DNA from: Actinomycetota bacterium
Lineage (GTDB): Bacteria > Actinomycetota > Geothermincolia > Fen-727 > Anoxymicrobiaceae
Reading direction: 5' to 3'
Length of the DNA: 58,956 bases
Assembly (NCBI GenBank): GCA_016927325.1
Contig: JAFGMY010000170.1
Coordinates: forward strand, 1 to 58,956
This document shows, one piece after another, positions 55,810 to 58,956 of the stretch. The notes under the pieces were generated by a model, which ran no database searches, was not told the origin of the DNA, and saw only the letters and a program-made list of their open reading frames with translations. The translations under genes and the position numbers were made by a program. Numbering within the stretch: the first letter of the stretch is position 1; the number at the start of each line of letters is the position of its first letter.

Positions 55810-57150
55810 TCAGGAACCCTCCCGCAAAACTGCCTTAGCGGCGTCTTCACCGCTTCTCAGTGCTCCCTCAACACAGGAAATCAGAACCATGTACTCACCC
55901 GCGAAGTGCAGTCCTTTAATGTCATCCTTGTGATTGTTCTTGAAGCAGTACATGGCCGGGAACTGTCCCGGAGGCTCCAGGCATATAGCCTCATCCCACC
56001 GCACGACCTCGGCAAGGTCCGGTTTATCGGTCATGTTTGGAGCAAAACGCTGAAGCTCCCTGATCATGGCTTTGACAATTTCGTCGTCTGACAGCTTGTT
56101 CATCTTTTCCGCCGTCCTGCCCCAGGTGCATGAGTGCGAGAGGCCGGCGCCCGGAGGTGCGAAAGCCGCGGATTTGGCGCTGCTGTCGTTGATGCACTGA
56201 AGGAAGCTGTTGGCCGACTTTGGAAGCATTACCGCGTACCAGTTATCGGGGAGTATCCTTTCTTTTGTGCCGAAAATCACGTGTACCGTCGAGCTGTATT
56301 TCACTTTCTCGAGAGGTTTGCGCATCTCGTCGGGAAGGTCCGGAATAATTTTCCTGGTTACACCGGCGGTGGTGGTGCAGATCACGTGGTCCGCTTCTAC
56401 GAAGCCGTCTTCAGTCTCGATACCTTTGACTTTCTTGTTTTCTATTACGATCCTGTTTACGGGGGACTTGAGCTTGATGTTGTCCTTGAGCTTGTCGTAC
56501 ATCGCGTTGCACAGCGATCCGGTACCCTTGTCCAGCAGTATGATTCCTCTCGTGAGTCCCATCAGTGCGATCAGATGGGGGATCGACACGTCTTCCGCCT
56601 CGCCGAGAGTGAGGGTTGCAACCATAGGACGAAGAATATGGTCGAGGGCTTTTTCACCGCCGTGCTTCCGCGCGAAGTCCGCGACGCTGGTATCACCGAG
56701 GTCAAGGAGTTCGTCGAAGCGGAGATCATCGTAATTCAGTCGCAGGTAGCGCGATATCATGGCTAACCCTATCATCGCCATCTGTGGATAAGCCATCAGG
56801 GGGAGACCCCTGAAGCCGAGTATGTTCTTGATATTATTAACTATCTCAGAAGGTTTCATCGAGGCACTGATACCGTAAGACTTGCCGTCCCTCCAGATAG
56901 CACCGGCCGCCACAAACTTCTTGATGTCCGGGCCGAGTCCGAATTCTTTTATAAGCCTGATTTGCGTTTCGCATAACTTGCCGATAACCTGTGCCCCGGT
57001 ATCGACTATATAACCGTCCTTTTCGTAACAGGAACAGCGGCCGCCAGCGAAATCGGCGGCTTCATAGGCGGTTACTTCAACGCCGTTCTTAACCAGCATA
57101 TTCGTTGCGGCAAGACCTGCCGCTCCTGCGCCCACGATGACAACTTTCAT
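55810..57150 (-). CDS. FAD-dependent oxidoreductase (protoporphyrinogen oxidase HemY / CrtI-like amine-oxidase fold)
   Basis: MKVVIVGAGAAGLAATNMLVKNGVEVTAYEAADFAGGRC (GxGxxG plus E..GGR) and C-terminal GLHFAGEY...ALRSGEDAAKAV. Confidence 0.85.
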   Translation of the reverse strand: MKVVIVGAGAAGLAATNMLVKNGVEVTAYEAADFAGGRCSCYEKDGYIVDTGAQVIGKLCETQIRLIKEFGLGPDIKKFVAAGAIWRDGKSYGISASMKPSEIVNNIKNILGFRGLPLMAYPQMAMIGLAMISRYLRLNYDDLRFDELLDLGDTSVADFARKHGGEKALDHILRPMVATLTLGEAEDVSIPHLIALMGLTRGIILLDKGTGSLCNAMYDKLKDNIKLKSPVNRIVIENKKVKGIETEDGFVEADHVICTTTAGVTRKIIPDLPDEMRKPLEKVKYSSTVHVIFGTKERILPDNWYAVMLPKSANSFLQCINDSSAKSAAFAPPGAGLSHSCTWGRTAEKMNKLSDDEIVKAMIRELQRFAPNMTDKPDLAEVVRWDEAICLEPPGQFPAMYCFKNNHKDDIKGLHFAGEYMVLISCVEGALRSGEDAAKAVLREGS

Positions 57151-57236
57151 GCGGTCCCTCCTTGCGGAAATAATTTATGTGGTAATTCTATATTAACTCT
57201 CATGCTGAATTCTAAGTATTAAATGATTATTAATTG

Positions 57237-57749
57237 TTATGATTCCAGAACCGCCGCCGCGGCCTCTTCGCCGCTCCTTACAGCGCTTTCCATCGAAGAA
57301 GGCAGTTTCAGGTACGAGCCGGCAAGGTGAAAGCCTTTAATGTCCCGGAGATGATTACTGTTCATTTCATGAACTGCGGCGAGCTTCAGGAGTTGACAGT
57401 ATGTCTTCGGCGGAACTCCCCGGAATTTGAGGTCGAAAGGAATGCTCTTCAACTGGTAAGCGATTCCGCCCGGAGCGTGGAGGCAGTGGGCTTTACCTTT
57501 TTTCCATATTGCACCCTGGAAGGGGACAGGTTTTACTTCACTGCCCATATCCAGATCGTTGCACAGACCTAGAGTGTGTGTCCAGCGCTTGACCGCGAAC
57601 TGGGCACCGAGATCGAAGGTATATCCTTCCTTGTGATAACTGCCGACCCTGCCGCCGGCCACGTTTCTCGACTCGAAGGTTGTCGCCTCAACTCTGTTTT
57701 TCCGAAGCACACGTGTGGCAGCCAGGCCGGCTACAACAACAACCCTCAT
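57237..57749 (-). pseudogene. Decayed tandem paralogue of the 55810-57150 flavoprotein (GxGxxG lost; large internal deletion)
   Basis: The 170-aa ORF aligns to both ends of its neighbour. MRVVVV----AGLAATRVLRKNRVEATTFESRNVAGGRV aligns with MKVVIVGAGAAGLAATNMLVKNGVEVTAYEAADFAGGRC. DIKGFHLAGSYL..AVRSGEEAAAAVL aligns with DIKGLHFAGEYM..ALRSGEDAAKAVL. About 270 central residues are missing. Confidence 0.6.
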
Positions 57750-58075
57750 CTCCTGTGTCTCCCGGGGGTAAACAACTTCGGACTGTGTGCCAATGCAGAA
57801 AGAATCATATCATAGAAAATGGCAGGGATGACAGTAGTAAAAGCGTTCCTCCGGGTAACAAATGGACTGCTTGTGACTACAAAATATGCCCGGGAACAAA
57901 CCCGGTCCAGCCACCGGAAATTGGCAATATCAACCGGACGGGAAAGCAAATGAAACAGTACCGGCAAGATAATCATGCATGCAGGAAATATTTATTTACA
58001 GCGAAGTATTTTAAAACGCACAGTTATCTACGTTTTTAAATTTTTGAATCGGTGTTTGGAAGGAGAAATAATTCT

Positions 58076-58956
58076 ATGAAAAACAAATATGGTTCAGGTC
58101 TGAGAAGAGCCGGGTCAAGGGTTCTTTTCAAGATATCCGTAATCCTTCTGTCGGTTTTAATTGTCTTTAGTGTTGTGAGTTTTCTGTTTTTCAGGAGATC
58201 TCAAAACAGGTTGATTCAAAGAAGCAAGGACCAGTTGGTGGAGTACAAGGTCGAGCTGATTGATTCTGCCAACAACTACCTGATAAATGCCATTAACATG
58301 ATTCAGAAGCTGACAGTTCCAGATGCTTCACCGCAGTCCATACAGAAGGACATTGAGGAGGGGGCATCGGAAGAATCAATAACTCCTGCTCAACGTGTTG
58401 TGAACGATATCCTGCAGTCGATGGTCGAGAACAGACTTTTCGAATACGACCTTGCGGTTTTCACCACTACTGCCGGGTCTGGAAGTGAAATGGCAATCGT
58501 CAACTCGAGCAATGATGAGTTCATGTACGAACAGTTGCCTCCCGAGCTTGTCGGGTTCATATCAGGAGAGGTCGGTGGAAACCCGGAAGGTGAGGATGAA
58601 GGTTCTCAAGTCTCTTATATGCTGGTAGAGGGAGGCTTTCCGGAACTGAGCCTTGACGGCGAATATCTGGTTACCGCCTACATGTTCAAACCCGATTCTG
58701 CCGAAAGCGATTTCTACTATATTGGCTTTACGCCTATGCACGATGAACTTGCGGCAATAAACAGCTTCTACAGTAGTGAGCGTAACAATATAAACCTGAT
58801 GCTCGGCTTGATACTGGGCGGCTCGATAATTGTTCTGATAATCATTACCTTCCTGTTTTTGAACTACCTCATACGAAGGAAGATAACAAGGCCGATCGAT
58901 GAACTCTCTGCAGCCGCCGGGCATGCGATGGAGGGGGACATTGACGTCGAAGTCCC
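58076..58956 (+). CDS. TM-sensor-TM-HAMP protein, paralogue of the 30318-32264 modules; 3' end lies outside the window
   Basis: GGAAGGAG RBS, then ATG 58076. The frame is open to the window edge. Encodes ...GGFPELSLDGEYLVTAYMF..IGFTPMHDELAAINSFY..TM..ITRPIDELSAAAGHAMEGDIDVEV. It is not in the supplied ORF track because it has no stop codon. Confidence 0.75.
   Translation, partial: MKNKYGSGLRRAGSRVLFKISVILLSVLIVFSVVSFLFFRRSQNRLIQRSKDQLVEYKVELIDSANNYLINAINMIQKLTVPDASPQSIQKDIEEGASEESITPAQRVVNDILQSMVENRLFEYDLAVFTTTAGSGSEMAIVNSSNDEFMYEQLPPELVGFISGEVGGNPEGEDEGSQVSYMLVEGGFPELSLDGEYLVTAYMFKPDSAESDFYYIGFTPMHDELAAINSFYSSERNNINLMLGLILGGSIIVLIIITFLFLNYLIRRKITRPIDELSAAAGHAMEGDIDVEV

Overview
58.9-kb chromosomal-looking segment from a bacterium I cannot place taxonomically. 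It shows strong GGAGG-type ribosome-binding sites, a mixed anaerobe-style gene content and mid-to-high GC by eye, with three visibly AT-richer patches. I support about 50 protein genes on both strands. I recognised no rRNA, tRNA, CRISPR array, transposase, integrase or phage genes. The content is mostly transport, stress and housekeeping-accessory functions. Transport genes: a P-type ATPase, two MFS transporters, an ABC-2 exporter with a TetR repressor, an APC permease-USP fusion, a UPF0016 transporter and TatA. Acetyl-CoA metabolism: an ADP-forming acetyl-CoA synthetase with a stand-alone Pta-N-terminal-like protein, an acyl-CoA dehydrogenase and a thioesterase. Also present: a class II photolyase, an AlkD-like repair protein, two radical SAM enzymes and signalling genes. 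Seven things deserve a second look. (1) A minus-strand cluster at 52.4-57.7 kb holds CrtI/HemY-type flavoproteins flanking an internally duplicated Cys-pair protein and a 76-aa protein; it includes a decayed tandem paralogue and faces a B12-binding radical SAM gene. (2) A response regulator - STAS - sigma factor operon lies convergent with a MEDS-domain histidine kinase and has no anti-sigma kinase. (3) Three in-frame TAG codons sit inside two otherwise intact-looking genes, although TAG clearly terminates many other genes here. (4) A family of TM-sensor-TM-HAMP modules has no output domain; it comprises one tandem-duplicated gene, one 3' remnant and one paralogue at the window edge. (5) A 580-aa orphan protein carries an HprK/PEPCK-like P-loop. 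(6) An M48-like pseudo-protease has HQxxH in place of HExxH. (7) A secreted protein carries four exactly 330-nt tandem coding repeats. All family calls come from motif reading by eye; no database search was possible.
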